Shown here piece by piece: positions 39,985 to 49,447 of a stretch of 64,000 nucleotides of DNA. The stretch is from a bacterium. GTDB taxonomy: Bacteria > UBA8248. The DNA lies in the NCBI GenBank assembly GCA_965203325.1, contig OZ241875.1, forward strand, positions 2,944,001 to 3,008,000, read 5' to 3'. Below the pieces are notes generated by a model. That model searched no databases. It was not told the DNA's origin and saw only the letters and a program-made list of their open reading frames with translations. The position numbers and the translations under genes are program-made. How positions within the stretch are numbered: position 1 is the stretch's first letter; each line of letters starts with the position of its first letter.

Positions 39985-42210
39985 ATGGACAAGCGACTGG
40001 ACCCCTACCGCTTCGATGTGGGAAGCGCCCGCGTGGAGCCCGAAACCCCCATCGTGGCGGGGGCGTTCTTCACCCGGCGGGTCATCTTCACGGCGGGCAA
40101 ATACGGGGTGGACGAGGGCGCGCAGATACTGGTCTGCAAGCGCCTCTCGAGTGACATGGAGATCCCCCAGTTCACCGATCCCGCTGCGTCGGGCTACGTG
40201 AGCGTAACGTGTTCGAATTCCGAGGTGGGTCTCGCGCTCTCCTATCAGGAACAGGGCTATCTCGACGACTGGCGCTCCGGCGTCGCTATCCGTATCGCGA
40301 AGGGTTATCTCTGTGAAGGCGATGAGGTCATGCTCGTCCTGGGCGACACCGCAGGCGGCGGCCCCGGCATCCGCGCGCAGACGTTCCCCGAGACGCGCCA
40401 CACCTTCAAGATCGTCGTCGACACCTTCAACCGCAAGCATTTCTACGAACTCGAGAACGACCCCGAGATCCGCGTCGTGGGCGGCGCGCCCGAGACCTGG
40501 CATCTCGCCTGTCCCCAGACGCCAGTGCGGGGGGAGGCGTTCAGCGCCATCGTGCGCGGCGTGGACAGCTGGGGGAACCCGGCGGAGGAATTCACCGGCG
40601 AGGTGTCGGTCAACAAGAGCCTTAGGGGGTGGCGCGAGGAGGATGAGGCCCCCGGACGGGTGGAATTTTTAGCTGATGACGGCGGCGTGAAGCGCGCCGG
40701 CGGCGCGCGGCTCTCGGGTGAGGGGCCCTACCGCCTGCGGCTCGAGGACCCGGCGGGGCTGGTGTCTTTGAGTCCGCCGATTCTGCCCAAAGAGCCTGAC
40801 GATCCCTATTCCCTCTTCTGGGGGGACATCCACGGGCAGACGCGCTCGACGGTCGGCACGGGCACGGTGGAGGAATACTTCCGCTTCGCGCGCGACAAGG
40901 CGGGCGTGGACGTCGCCGCGTGGCAGGGCAACGATTTCAGGGTGCGCAAGGAAGACTGGGCGGAGGTGGTGCGGGAATGCAAGGCGTTCAACGAGCCGGG
41001 CCGCTTCGTCACCCTCCTGGGCTATGAGTGGTCGGGCACGCGCTCAGGCGGGGGCGATTACAACATCTACTACGCGGGCGATGCGGGCACCATCCACAGA
41101 AGCTCGCACGCGGGCGTGGACGATCTCACAGATGTCGAAGACGACAGGTTCCCCATCTCGGCGCTCTGGGAGACCTTCCGGGGCCGGACGGACGTGATGA
41201 GCGTCGCCCACGTGGGCGGGCGGGCGTGCAACCTCGATTTCTTCGACCCCGAGTTCGTCCATCTCGCGGAAATCCACTCCCACCACGGCACCTTCGAGTG
41301 GTTCGCCGAAGAAGCGCTCGCGCGCGGCTTCACAGTCGGCTTCATCGGAGGCAGCGACGACCACACGGGCCGCCAGGGGCTGGTCTACCCCAACCGCCGC
41401 TCCAACAACGTCGTCACCTTCGACGTGAAGGGCGGCCTGATGGGCCTGTATGCCCGTGAACTCACGCGCGAGGCCGTCTGGGAGGCGATGCGCGCGCGCA
41501 GAACCTATGCCACGAACGGCGAGCGCATCTATCTCAAGACCGCCTGCGGCGAGGCTCTCATGGGCGAGGAGACCGAAGTCGAAGGCTCGCCAACGGTACG
41601 CGTGGAAGTCCACGGCACCGCACCCTTGCTGGATGTCGAACTCAAGCGCGGCGCGGAAACCATCCACCGCCATCCGGTGAGCGCGCCCGAGGGCGGCGGC
41701 CGCGTTCGGCGAATCCGTGTGCAGTGGAGCGGGGTGACCCAGAAAAGCGGGCGCGACAAGAAGGTCGAATGGCGCGGCGGCATCGCGCTGGATAGGGGCG
41801 CGATGCTCGCGCACACGCCCTACGCGCTCGATCAGTACGACGATGCCGTCACCCGCGTTTCGAACAAGCTGCTACGCTTTGCCACCGCCACATCGGGCGA
41901 TCCCGATGGGGTGCTGGTCGACGTGGACGCCCCCGACGACGCGCGGCTATCTTTTTTCAGCAACGTCAAGAGTTTCGATATTCCACTCGGCGATATTTCC
42001 GAGGTTCCCACCATCATCGAGGCCGGCGGCGTGAACATCCGCGTTCTCGTCTCTGAAACTGCGGAGACCCTCAAGGACTGGAGCGCGCGCTTCCAGTTCA
42101 CCGACGAGGACGCTTCCCCCGATGCCGTCAACCCCTACTGGGTGCGCGTCCTGCAAGTCGACGGCGGCCAGGCCTGGTCGAGTCCGCTCTATGTGAGCAG
42201 GGTGGGGTGA
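39985..42210 (+). CDS. DUF3604-like PHP-type metal-dependent hydrolase
   Basis: WGDIHGQ, GYEWSG, AHVGGR, EIHSHHGTFEW, SDDHTGR, RRTYAT, AWSSP. Confidence 0.75.
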   Translation: MDKRLDPYRFDVGSARVEPETPIVAGAFFTRRVIFTAGKYGVDEGAQILVCKRLSSDMEIPQFTDPAASGYVSVTCSNSEVGLALSYQEQGYLDDWRSGVAIRIAKGYLCEGDEVMLVLGDTAGGGPGIRAQTFPETRHTFKIVVDTFNRKHFYELENDPEIRVVGGAPETWHLACPQTPVRGEAFSAIVRGVDSWGNPAEEFTGEVSVNKSLRGWREEDEAPGRVEFLADDGGVKRAGGARLSGEGPYRLRLEDPAGLVSLSPPILPKEPDDPYSLFWGDIHGQTRSTVGTGTVEEYFRFARDKAGVDVAAWQGNDFRVRKEDWAEVVRECKAFNEPGRFVTLLGYEWSGTRSGGGDYNIYYAGDAGTIHRSSHAGVDDLTDVEDDRFPISALWETFRGRTDVMSVAHVGGRACNLDFFDPEFVHLAEIHSHHGTFEWFAEEALARGFTVGFIGGSDDHTGRQGLVYPNRRSNNVVTFDVKGGLMGLYARELTREAVWEAMRARRTYATNGERIYLKTACGEALMGEETEVEGSPTVRVEVHGTAPLLDVELKRGAETIHRHPVSAPEGGGRVRRIRVQWSGVTQKSGRDKKVEWRGGIALDRGAMLAHTPYALDQYDDAVTRVSNKLLRFATATSGDPDGVLVDVDAPDDARLSFFSNVKSFDIPLGDISEVPTIIEAGGVNIRVLVSETAETLKDWSARFQFTDEDASPDAVNPYWVRVLQVDGGQAWSSPLYVSRVG

Positions 42211-42231
42211 GGGGTCAATCGCGACTGATGA

Positions 42232-42472
42232 AGGATTTTCGAAAAACCCCTCTCCGCCTCATCCTGAGTAGCGGCGGAGCCGCGTATCGAAGGTCAAACG
42301 CGATTGATGAATGAGCGTTTGCTCTCGCCCGGTGCGAGGCGTTCGACCCCCCTCGCCTTTCGATACAAACACTCCTTTCTCAGTCGCATTTTACCTTCGG
42401 CGGCTACTCAGGGTGAGGAAAGAGGCGTTGGCCGTTTGCGTGGGTCGCAGACAGGACTTTTTCAACAACCCC
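42232..42472. mobile_element. MITE-like element with degenerate IS1182-like ends and RPE-like internal hairpin
   Basis: Ends ttttcgaaaaacccc / tttttcaacaacccc; internal IRs cctcatcctgagtagc / gctactcagggtgagg and gtatcgaa / ttcgatac. Confidence 0.55.
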
Positions 42473-42512
42473 GTGCGCGCTGCTCATTGAATGAAAAATC
42501 GGCTCCCGCCTG

Positions 42513-42559
42513 TTGACAAGGGGGCCTGCGGGCTGGTACTGGTCATACCATCTGACCAG
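42513..42559 (+). promoter_or_regulatory. Promoter -35 with FadR/GntR-type operator
   Basis: TTGACA at 42513; TGGTCATACCA (TGGT-N3-ACCA) and the ctggtca/tgaccag inverted repeat lie upstream of the FadR gene. Confidence 0.6.
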
Positions 42560-42647
42560 GAAGTTTTCAGGTTGATATTTACTGTGATATTCCCCGTGTG
42601 GTTTCGCTCATCGCTCGGGATGGCTTGCGTCCCCGGGAGGCGGTTTC

Positions 42648-43382
42648 TTGCTCAGGCCGGTGAGAAAAACGAGGCTCTATGAAGACGTGGTCGAGCAGAT
42701 CCAGCAGCTCATCCGCAAGCGCAAGCTCACACCCGGCGACAGGCTGCCGTCTGAGCGCGAACTCGCGGCGACGCTCGGCATCGGTCGCCCCTCGGTGCGC
42801 GAAGCCCTGCGCGCCCTCGACACCACGGGGCTGATTGAAGTCAGGAGCGGTCAGGGCGCGTATCTCCGCAACCTCACGGTCGACCCCTATCTCGCCACGG
42901 TGCGCGAGAGCCTGGCATTTCTGCTCGACGTGAAGGAAGACACCCTGCTCGAACTCTGGGAGGTGCGGCAGGGACTCGAAGAACAGATCGCGCGCCTCAC
43001 GGCCGAGCGCCGGACGCAAGCGCAGATCGAACGCCTGCGCGGCCACACCGAGGAGATGCGAAAGCGCATCGACAGGCCCGAAGCCTTCGTGCGCGCGGGC
43101 GTCGCCTGGCATCGCGCGCTGTGCGAGGCGGCGGAGAACGCCGTCTTGCGGACGGTGTGGGAGGCCATCGCGGGGCTGATCGAGAAGAGCCAGCGGCGGA
43201 TCATCGGAACGCCCGGCCAGCCGGACGAGGCGCTGCGCCAGCACGAGAAGCTGCTCCAGGCCGTCGAGGCGGGCGAGCCCGAATGCGCCGCGCTCGCCAT
43301 GCGCGAGCACATGGCGGCCGAAGGCGCGCGGCTGAAAGAGGCGCTGGCCGTATCGCGAAACGGAGGTGCAATGCGCGTCTGA
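42648..43382 (+). CDS. GntR/FadR family transcriptional regulator
   Basis: PGDRLPSERELA...GRPSVREAL wHTH; FCD domain with H..L...A.N. Confidence 0.9.
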   Translation: MLRPVRKTRLYEDVVEQIQQLIRKRKLTPGDRLPSERELAATLGIGRPSVREALRALDTTGLIEVRSGQGAYLRNLTVDPYLATVRESLAFLLDVKEDTLLELWEVRQGLEEQIARLTAERRTQAQIERLRGHTEEMRKRIDRPEAFVRAGVAWHRALCEAAENAVLRTVWEAIAGLIEKSQRRIIGTPGQPDEALRQHEKLLQAVEAGEPECAALAMREHMAAEGARLKEALAVSRNGGAMRV

Positions 43383-43477
43383 GAAAGAGCGGGCGCGCTT
43401 TATGGTTGTCGTAATTTTCGGACGTTTTTTGACCTCGTTTTTGTAACGCTTCACCCAAATTTCTAGGAGGAATTTTC

Positions 43478-44827
43478 ATGGTGGAAATGAGCAAACAGGG
43501 CATGCCGATGGACTTTCTGCAGAAAGAGCACTACCAGTCCCCCCGGCGCGTCTATAGCCAGACGGGCAGCGATTGGCAGCGCCGCGTCGACTTCGACCAG
43601 ATGCGTAAAGATCGTCTCGCCCGCGCCAAGGCGATGATGGAAAAGCACGACATGGACGCCATCATCATGTACAAGGGCGAGAACGTCCGCTACACCGCGT
43701 CGGTCTTCCAGGGCAACTGGAAGAACAACATATTCATTCGCTACGCCGTGCTCTGCCGCGGTGCTGAGACGCCGGTGCTCTTCGAGACAGCCGGCTCCGA
43801 CTATGAGTGCGCCAAGATCGACGCGCCCTGGCTGAAGGGCAACATCCGCCCCGCCATCACCTGGAAGTGGTCCGAGACCGCCGAGCAGATGATGGTGAAC
43901 CGCATGGCGGATTCGGTCATCGACGTTCTCAAGGAGAACGACATTCCGTTGAACGGCCGTATCGGCATCGACATCATGGACATGCAGGCCTACAGCGCCT
44001 TCACCGAAAAGGGCGTGAACCTGGTGAACGCGTGGCCGGCGATGAGCGAGGCGCGCGTCATCAAGACGCCCGAGGAGATCGAGTGCCTGAAGATCAGCTC
44101 GACCATCGGCGACACCTGCATGTGGAAGATCAGGAACGAGTGGTTAAAGCCCGGCATCCGCGAGTGCGACCTCACCGCGTGGGTGAACAACCTCCTCTAT
44201 GAAGAGGGCTTCGACTTCGTCTACGACATCATCGTCGCCTCGGGCGGCAACACGAGCCCCTACCGCCGCTGGCACACCGACAAGATGATCCGCGACGGCG
44301 ACCTCGTCGTCGTCGACATCAACGCCATCGGCCCGGGCGGATACTTCGTCGACTACGTGCGCTGCTTCAAGTGCGGCGGTGGCTGGACGAAGAAGGAAAA
44401 AGAGCTCTACCGGGAGGTCTACGACACGATGTATGCGGGCATGACGCAGCTCGTGCCGGGCAAGACGTCGAAAGACGTGGCCGAGCAGTTCCCCGTCTAC
44501 GCCGACGACAAGTACGGCACGGTGACGCTCCAGCAGTTCGCGCACTCCATCGGCCTGGACCTTTACGAGGGCATGTGGATCAGCCGCGCCTACAGCCTGG
44601 ATTACCCGGTGGAGATCAAGGAGAACATGTACTTCGCCATCGAGACGTTCGCAGGACATCCGGGGCTTCCCCAGACGGTGCGCCTGGAAGAGAACGTGCT
44701 CGTCGGCCCCGACGGCCCCGTCGTCTTCACCGGCTCTTCGCACTACGACGAGTGCATCGAGGATTCGCCCTACTTCGACTTCTCGGCGAAGTCGCGCGGC
44801 GAGCCCCGCTTCGAGTTGCCCGACTAG
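43478..44827 (+). CDS. M24 family metallopeptidase/amidohydrolase
   Basis: AGGAGG RBS; RVDFDQMRKDRL, VDIN...VDYVR, HSIG, IET, RLEE. Confidence 0.85.
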   Translation: MVEMSKQGMPMDFLQKEHYQSPRRVYSQTGSDWQRRVDFDQMRKDRLARAKAMMEKHDMDAIIMYKGENVRYTASVFQGNWKNNIFIRYAVLCRGAETPVLFETAGSDYECAKIDAPWLKGNIRPAITWKWSETAEQMMVNRMADSVIDVLKENDIPLNGRIGIDIMDMQAYSAFTEKGVNLVNAWPAMSEARVIKTPEEIECLKISSTIGDTCMWKIRNEWLKPGIRECDLTAWVNNLLYEEGFDFVYDIIVASGGNTSPYRRWHTDKMIRDGDLVVVDINAIGPGGYFVDYVRCFKCGGGWTKKEKELYREVYDTMYAGMTQLVPGKTSKDVAEQFPVYADDKYGTVTLQQFAHSIGLDLYEGMWISRAYSLDYPVEIKENMYFAIETFAGHPGLPQTVRLEENVLVGPDGPVVFTGSSHYDECIEDSPYFDFSAKSRGEPRFELPD

Positions 44828-44836
44828 CGGTTGTTG

Positions 44837-44884
44837 GCTCCCGTCCGTGTCCCCGCCGCCTGGGGCGCGGGCGGGAGCGTTTTT
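44837..44884 (+). terminator. GC hairpin with T-tract, terminator or mRNA stabiliser
   Basis: gctcccgtccgtgtcccc / ggggcgcgggcgggagc followed by ttttt. Confidence 0.5.
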
Positions 44885-44941
44885 CATATTCGCAGTGCAG
44901 GGGAAATCGCCTCCCGAAAAGGCGAATAGGAGAATCATGAG

Positions 44942-46162
44942 ATGAGCGAACCCTGGAACACCGATATGTGGTTCACCAGCCCGTGGAACTTCGAGGGCGA
45001 GGTGACCTCCGATATCAATTTCGACCCCAACCCCAAGATCCACGACGTGACGCTCCGTGACGGCGAGCAGCAGGCGGGCGTCATGTTCAACAAGGACGAG
45101 AAAATACGCATCGCCGAAGCCCTGGCCGAGACGGGCGTGCACCGCATCGAGGCCGGCATGCCGGTGGTCTCGCCGTCTGACGAAGCGGCGATCCGCGAGA
45201 TCGTCAAGCGCCTCGAAGGCACGGACACCGAGGTGTTCAGCTTCGCGCGCTGCATGGCGGACGACGTGAAGCGCTCCGCCGACACGGGCGTCAAGGGCGT
45301 CGTGATGGAAGTGCCGAGTTCCACGCACATGATCGAGCGCGCCTACAAGTGGGAGCTCGGCAAGGCCATCGACACCTCCGTCAAGGCCACGCAGGTGGCG
45401 AAGGAATGCGGCCTCTACACCGTGTTCTTCCCCATCGACTTCTCCCGCGCCCCGCTCGACTGGGTGCTCGGCCTGTTAAAGAAAGTGGCGACCGAGGGCC
45501 ACATGGACGCGCTGGCGATTGTGGACACGTTCGGCGTGCTGAGCCCGCACACCGTGCCCTACGTCATCAAGAAGATGCGCGAGGTGTTCCCGGACGAGCC
45601 CTTTGAGCCCCATTTCCACGACGACTACGGGATGGGCGTGGCGAATACGCTCATGGCGATGGCCGAGGGCTGCCAGGTGGCGCAGACTTCCGTGAGCGGC
45701 ATCGGCGAGCGCGCGGGCAACGCGGCCTATGAGGAACTCGCTCTCGCGATGCTCACCATGTACGACGTGGATATGGGTCTCAAGACCGAGAAGTTCACCG
45801 AGGTCTCGCGCCTCGTGCAGGAGTGCGGGCGCATCAGCCTGGCGCCCAACCGCTGCGTGGTGGGCGACAACCTCTACGACATCGAGAGCGGCATCATCGT
45901 GAGCTGGCTCAAGAACTGCGAGAAGGACTTCCCGACCGAACTCGTGCCCTTCCGCGCCGGCTTGGTCGGCCAGAGCGAACCGGAACCCGTCATCGGCAAG
46001 GGGAGCGGCATCGATTCCATCAACCTGTTCCTGGAGCAACTGGGCATCACGGCGTCCGAGGAAGAGAAGATGGCGCTCCTGATGGACGTCAAGGAGAAAT
46101 CCCTGAGCCTCCATCGCCTGCTCACGATGGACGAGTTCAAGGAACTGGCGGGCGCGAAGTAG
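44942..46162 (+). CDS. DRE-TIM metallolyase, LeuA/homocitrate synthase-like
   Basis: HDVTLRDGEQ, IEAG, HFHDD, GIGERAGN, ESGI, GKGSG. Confidence 0.85.
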   Translation: MSEPWNTDMWFTSPWNFEGEVTSDINFDPNPKIHDVTLRDGEQQAGVMFNKDEKIRIAEALAETGVHRIEAGMPVVSPSDEAAIREIVKRLEGTDTEVFSFARCMADDVKRSADTGVKGVVMEVPSSTHMIERAYKWELGKAIDTSVKATQVAKECGLYTVFFPIDFSRAPLDWVLGLLKKVATEGHMDALAIVDTFGVLSPHTVPYVIKKMREVFPDEPFEPHFHDDYGMGVANTLMAMAEGCQVAQTSVSGIGERAGNAAYEELALAMLTMYDVDMGLKTEKFTEVSRLVQECGRISLAPNRCVVGDNLYDIESGIIVSWLKNCEKDFPTELVPFRAGLVGQSEPEPVIGKGSGIDSINLFLEQLGITASEEEKMALLMDVKEKSLSLHRLLTMDEFKELAGAK

Positions 46163-46217
46163 GTTTCAGCCTCCGTATGACGGGGCGGATGGACGCCGCC
46201 TCGGTTGTCTCTCATCT

Positions 46218-46315
46218 GTAGTGGGCCGTTCTCGTGAACGGCCCACGTTCGCGAACGGCCCCTGCGTTTTGAGTGTCGTTCCATTCTGTAGGGACAGGTC
46301 GCGACCTGTCCCTAC
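46218..46315. repeat. GTAG REP-like cluster including a perfect 28-bp palindrome
   Basis: gtagtgggccgttctcgtgaacggccc and gtagggacaggtcgcgacctgtccctac. Confidence 0.75.
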
Positions 46316-46541
46316 TACTTCTTGGGCGCGTGTTATCGGGGCGATGGACTTGACGTTCCAGATTTTTTCATCGGGCCTTCACAGATTATAGCCTTGATAT
46401 ATTCTGCTTAATTTTTTTGAAAAATTTACATCTTCTACGGGTCGGTCATATCCACTTCATTGAAATACCTGGATCAACAGATATACAATTTCCTAACGAT
46501 AAAGATTTGAATTGGAAATTCACCATACGGGAGAGATTGTC

Positions 46542-47294
46542 ATGCTCAAGCGTATCCTGTTGTTGGTTTTTTTAGTCACCCTGAGTCTGGGGACCTATCA
46601 GATCGCGTGTGCTGATTTTTCAGAAGGGTGGAAAGCATTAAGAAGAGGGAAATACACCACGGCGCGGGAAGAACTTTTTCCCTTGGCGGAAAAAGGACAT
46701 GCAAAGTCACAGTATGCCGTAGGATGGATGTATCAATGGGGACGAGGTTTTGCCAAAGACGAAACCGAAGCGGCCAAATGGTTTCAAAAAGCACAGAAGG
46801 GTCTGAATAAATTAGGGGCAGATGGAGATAGACGTGCGCAATATATGCTGGGCTATTTGTATCGCAAGGGATTTGGCGTAGAAAAGGACACAGAAGAAGC
46901 GGCGATTTGGTATAGGAAGGCAGCAAAGGCCGGGCATAGGGCGGCGCAATACAGGCTGGGCGCAATGTATCACTATGGTCGTGGCGTTCCATGGGATGAG
47001 AATAAGGCAATAAAGTGGTACGAGAAAGCAGCGGCGAAAGGCCATGCGATGGCCGCAAATAATATAGGGACGATTTATGATAATGATGGCATGGTTCAAG
47101 TGGATCGTGTGAAGGCGTATATGTGGTACACAATAGCCAAGACTCTAGGGCAAAATAGGAGAGGCATACATAAAAGAGCTAGAAGAGTAGCGATTAAAAA
47201 TTTGGGACTACGTGTATATGCCGAAGAAATGATGCTCGGAGATATAGAAGAAGCCAAACGTCTTGCCAATGAGTGGCTGAAAGAGCACAGATGA
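46542..47294 (+). CDS. Secreted Sel1-like repeat protein, low GC
   Basis: Signal peptide; repeated AQYxLGxxYxxGxGVxxDxxxAxxWYxKAA units; AT-richer than its flanks. Confidence 0.88.
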   Translation: MLKRILLLVFLVTLSLGTYQIACADFSEGWKALRRGKYTTAREELFPLAEKGHAKSQYAVGWMYQWGRGFAKDETEAAKWFQKAQKGLNKLGADGDRRAQYMLGYLYRKGFGVEKDTEEAAIWYRKAAKAGHRAAQYRLGAMYHYGRGVPWDENKAIKWYEKAAAKGHAMAANNIGTIYDNDGMVQVDRVKAYMWYTIAKTLGQNRRGIHKRARRVAIKNLGLRVYAEEMMLGDIEEAKRLANEWLKEHR

Positions 47295-47472
47295 ATCTAT
47301 GAATCATTCAGAGTGAAGGGAATCTGCTCGTTTCGCTTGGGATAGACTCTCGGTAGTCGGTTACATCAAACCGTCCAATCGGGAGAGAATGTAAAGGGTC
47401 TTGAACGAGAAAAAACCGTTTATCACGTCTGCCTTAACACAGATTCCGACTCCCCGCACCGGAGGACATCCC

Positions 47473-48195
47473 ATGACGGATTGGAAGAAAAAGCTCGGCT
47501 TCATCGTCCCATCCTGGAACACGGTGATGGAGTACGAATGCCAGCGCATGGCGCCTGCGGGCGTATCGGTCCACTTCACGCGCATCGCACACACCGACGA
47601 CGAGGAGGAAACTCTCCTGCACATGATCGAGGTGGTGCCCGAACTCGCCGACCTGCTCGGCCACGCGAGTCTCGACGCCATCTGCTTCGGCTGCACGGGC
47701 GGCAGCTTCGTGCGTCCCGGCATGGATGCGGACATCATCGCGGTCATCGAGGAGCGGACGGGCATCCCCGCCACGACGACCTCCACCGCCCTCACCGAGG
47801 CCATGCGCGAGATGGGCGTCGCCAGGGTGGCGCTCGCCTCGCCCTATCCCGAATGGCTGAACGAGCGGCTCACGGTGTTCCTCAAGGATAAGGGAATCGA
47901 GGTGGTGGCCGAGCGGGGCCAGAATGTCGAGTGCCCCGCCTTCCTGCCGCCCGAGAACTCGGAAGCCCTGGCGCGCGAGGTGGATTGTCCCGAAGCCGAC
48001 GGCATTTTCATCAGCTGCACGAACTTCCGCTCGCTCGAATCGGTCGATGTGCTCGAAGCCGCCCTCGGAAAGCCCGTGCTCACGAGCAACACGACGGCCA
48101 TGTGGCACACGCTCCGCGCGGCTGGTTTCGAGGGAGAAGCCTCCGCAGGCGGCGCGTTGATGCGCGAGCATCTGGTTACGGCCCGGCGCGCTTAG
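47473..48195 (+). CDS. Maleate cis-trans isomerase / arylmalonate decarboxylase family protein
   Basis: GGAGG RBS; GFIVPSWNTVME, FGCTGGS, ISCTNF (two Cys), GKPVLTSN. Confidence 0.85.
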   Translation: MTDWKKKLGFIVPSWNTVMEYECQRMAPAGVSVHFTRIAHTDDEEETLLHMIEVVPELADLLGHASLDAICFGCTGGSFVRPGMDADIIAVIEERTGIPATTTSTALTEAMREMGVARVALASPYPEWLNERLTVFLKDKGIEVVAERGQNVECPAFLPPENSEALAREVDCPEADGIFISCTNFRSLESVDVLEAALGKPVLTSNTTAMWHTLRAAGFEGEASAGGALMREHLVTARRA

Positions 48196-48202
48196 GTTCT
48201 AT

Positions 48203-49366
48203 ATGAGCGACAGGAGCCGCCGCGGCCAGCAGTGGGTGACCGAGGAGTTCTACAAGGTTCACGACGTCTACGCCTTCCGCTCGGTGATGTACGTGGAGTG
48301 GGGCTTCCGGCCCGCCGACGTGCGGAGGACGACCGAGCGCATCAAGTTGCCCGGCTCCGTGCCCAAGGAATGGGCGCGCACCGCCGCTCAGGAAGAAGCG
48401 CTGGCCCGCGAGGCCGAGGCCGCCGGCCACAGGGAATCGGCGGCGGAGTTCTACCACAGAGCCGCGCTTTATTACGGCCCCGCCTGCGGCGTCATCCACA
48501 AGAACACACCCCAGAAGCTCGAACTCTACGCGAAGATGATCGCCTGCTACGAGAAGTTCATCGAGCTTTTCGACGAAGCGCCCGTGGAGCGCGTCGAGAT
48601 TCCCTTCGAGAACGGGAAGACGATTCCGGGCATTTTGCAGACAGTCCCCGGGGTTCCGAACGCCCCCTGCGTCATCATCGTGCCGGGGATGGACACCATC
48701 AAGGAATTTCTCCCCAACCCCTACCACAACCACTTCCGGCGGCGCGGCCTCGCCACGCTCAGCATCGACGGCCCGGGCCAGGGGGAGAGCAACACGCGCG
48801 AGACCTGGGTGACGCTGGACAACTTCGAGCGCGCGGGTTCCGCCGCCATCGACTTTCTCGAATCACGCCCCGAGGTGGACGCCGAGCGAATCGGCCTCTA
48901 CGGCTGGAGCATGGGCAGCTACTGGGGGCCGCGCGTGGCGGCGCACGATAAGCGTCTCAAGGCCTGCGTGGGCGCGATGGGCGTGTATCTCCAGAAAGAC
49001 TCCATCTTCAAGGGCGGAAAGCCCGCCTACCGGGCGAACTACCAGTACATGTCCAACATCCATGACGAGGACGAGTTCGACGCCATGGCCGAGCAGATGA
49101 CGCTCGATGGCATCGCGGGCGACATCAAGTGTCCGACGCTTCTGGCGATGGGCGAGTTCGACGAGCTTTGCCCGCTGGAGGACGCCGAGCGGCTCTTCGA
49201 CCTCCTGGGCGGCCCGAAGGAGCTTTGGGTGTATGAGAACGAGGCCCACACGATGGGCGGACGCCTGCCCGATTTCTACCTCATGGTGGCCGACTGGCTC
49301 CGCGACGCCATAGAGGGCCGCATCGCCCCCGACCACGCCGTGCGCCGGTTTTTCGAGGCGCGCTGA
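48203..49366 (+). CDS. Alpha/beta hydrolase, paralog of 24479-25684
   Basis: PGMD, DGPGQGES, GWSMGSYW, GEFD, PKELWVYENEAH. Confidence 0.82.
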   Translation: MSDRSRRGQQWVTEEFYKVHDVYAFRSVMYVEWGFRPADVRRTTERIKLPGSVPKEWARTAAQEEALAREAEAAGHRESAAEFYHRAALYYGPACGVIHKNTPQKLELYAKMIACYEKFIELFDEAPVERVEIPFENGKTIPGILQTVPGVPNAPCVIIVPGMDTIKEFLPNPYHNHFRRRGLATLSIDGPGQGESNTRETWVTLDNFERAGSAAIDFLESRPEVDAERIGLYGWSMGSYWGPRVAAHDKRLKACVGAMGVYLQKDSIFKGGKPAYRANYQYMSNIHDEDEFDAMAEQMTLDGIAGDIKCPTLLAMGEFDELCPLEDAERLFDLLGGPKELWVYENEAHTMGGRLPDFYLMVADWLRDAIEGRIAPDHAVRRFFEAR

Positions 49367-49447
49367 GAAAGCGACTGTCCTTTCACGTCGTTGTCCGGCG
49401 ATGATCTTCTGAAAATACGACGAGCTTTACCTAAAAGGACTCAGCCA

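Noticed and set aside
21772..46162. Assigning leuA/nifV, ssuD, codA or mdlC gene symbols
   Set aside because: Family membership is clear, but motif changes and context do not support the specific functions.
29700..46315. CRISPR array from recurring palindromes
   Set aside because: The repeats are dispersed and variable, with no regular repeat-spacer period and no cas genes.
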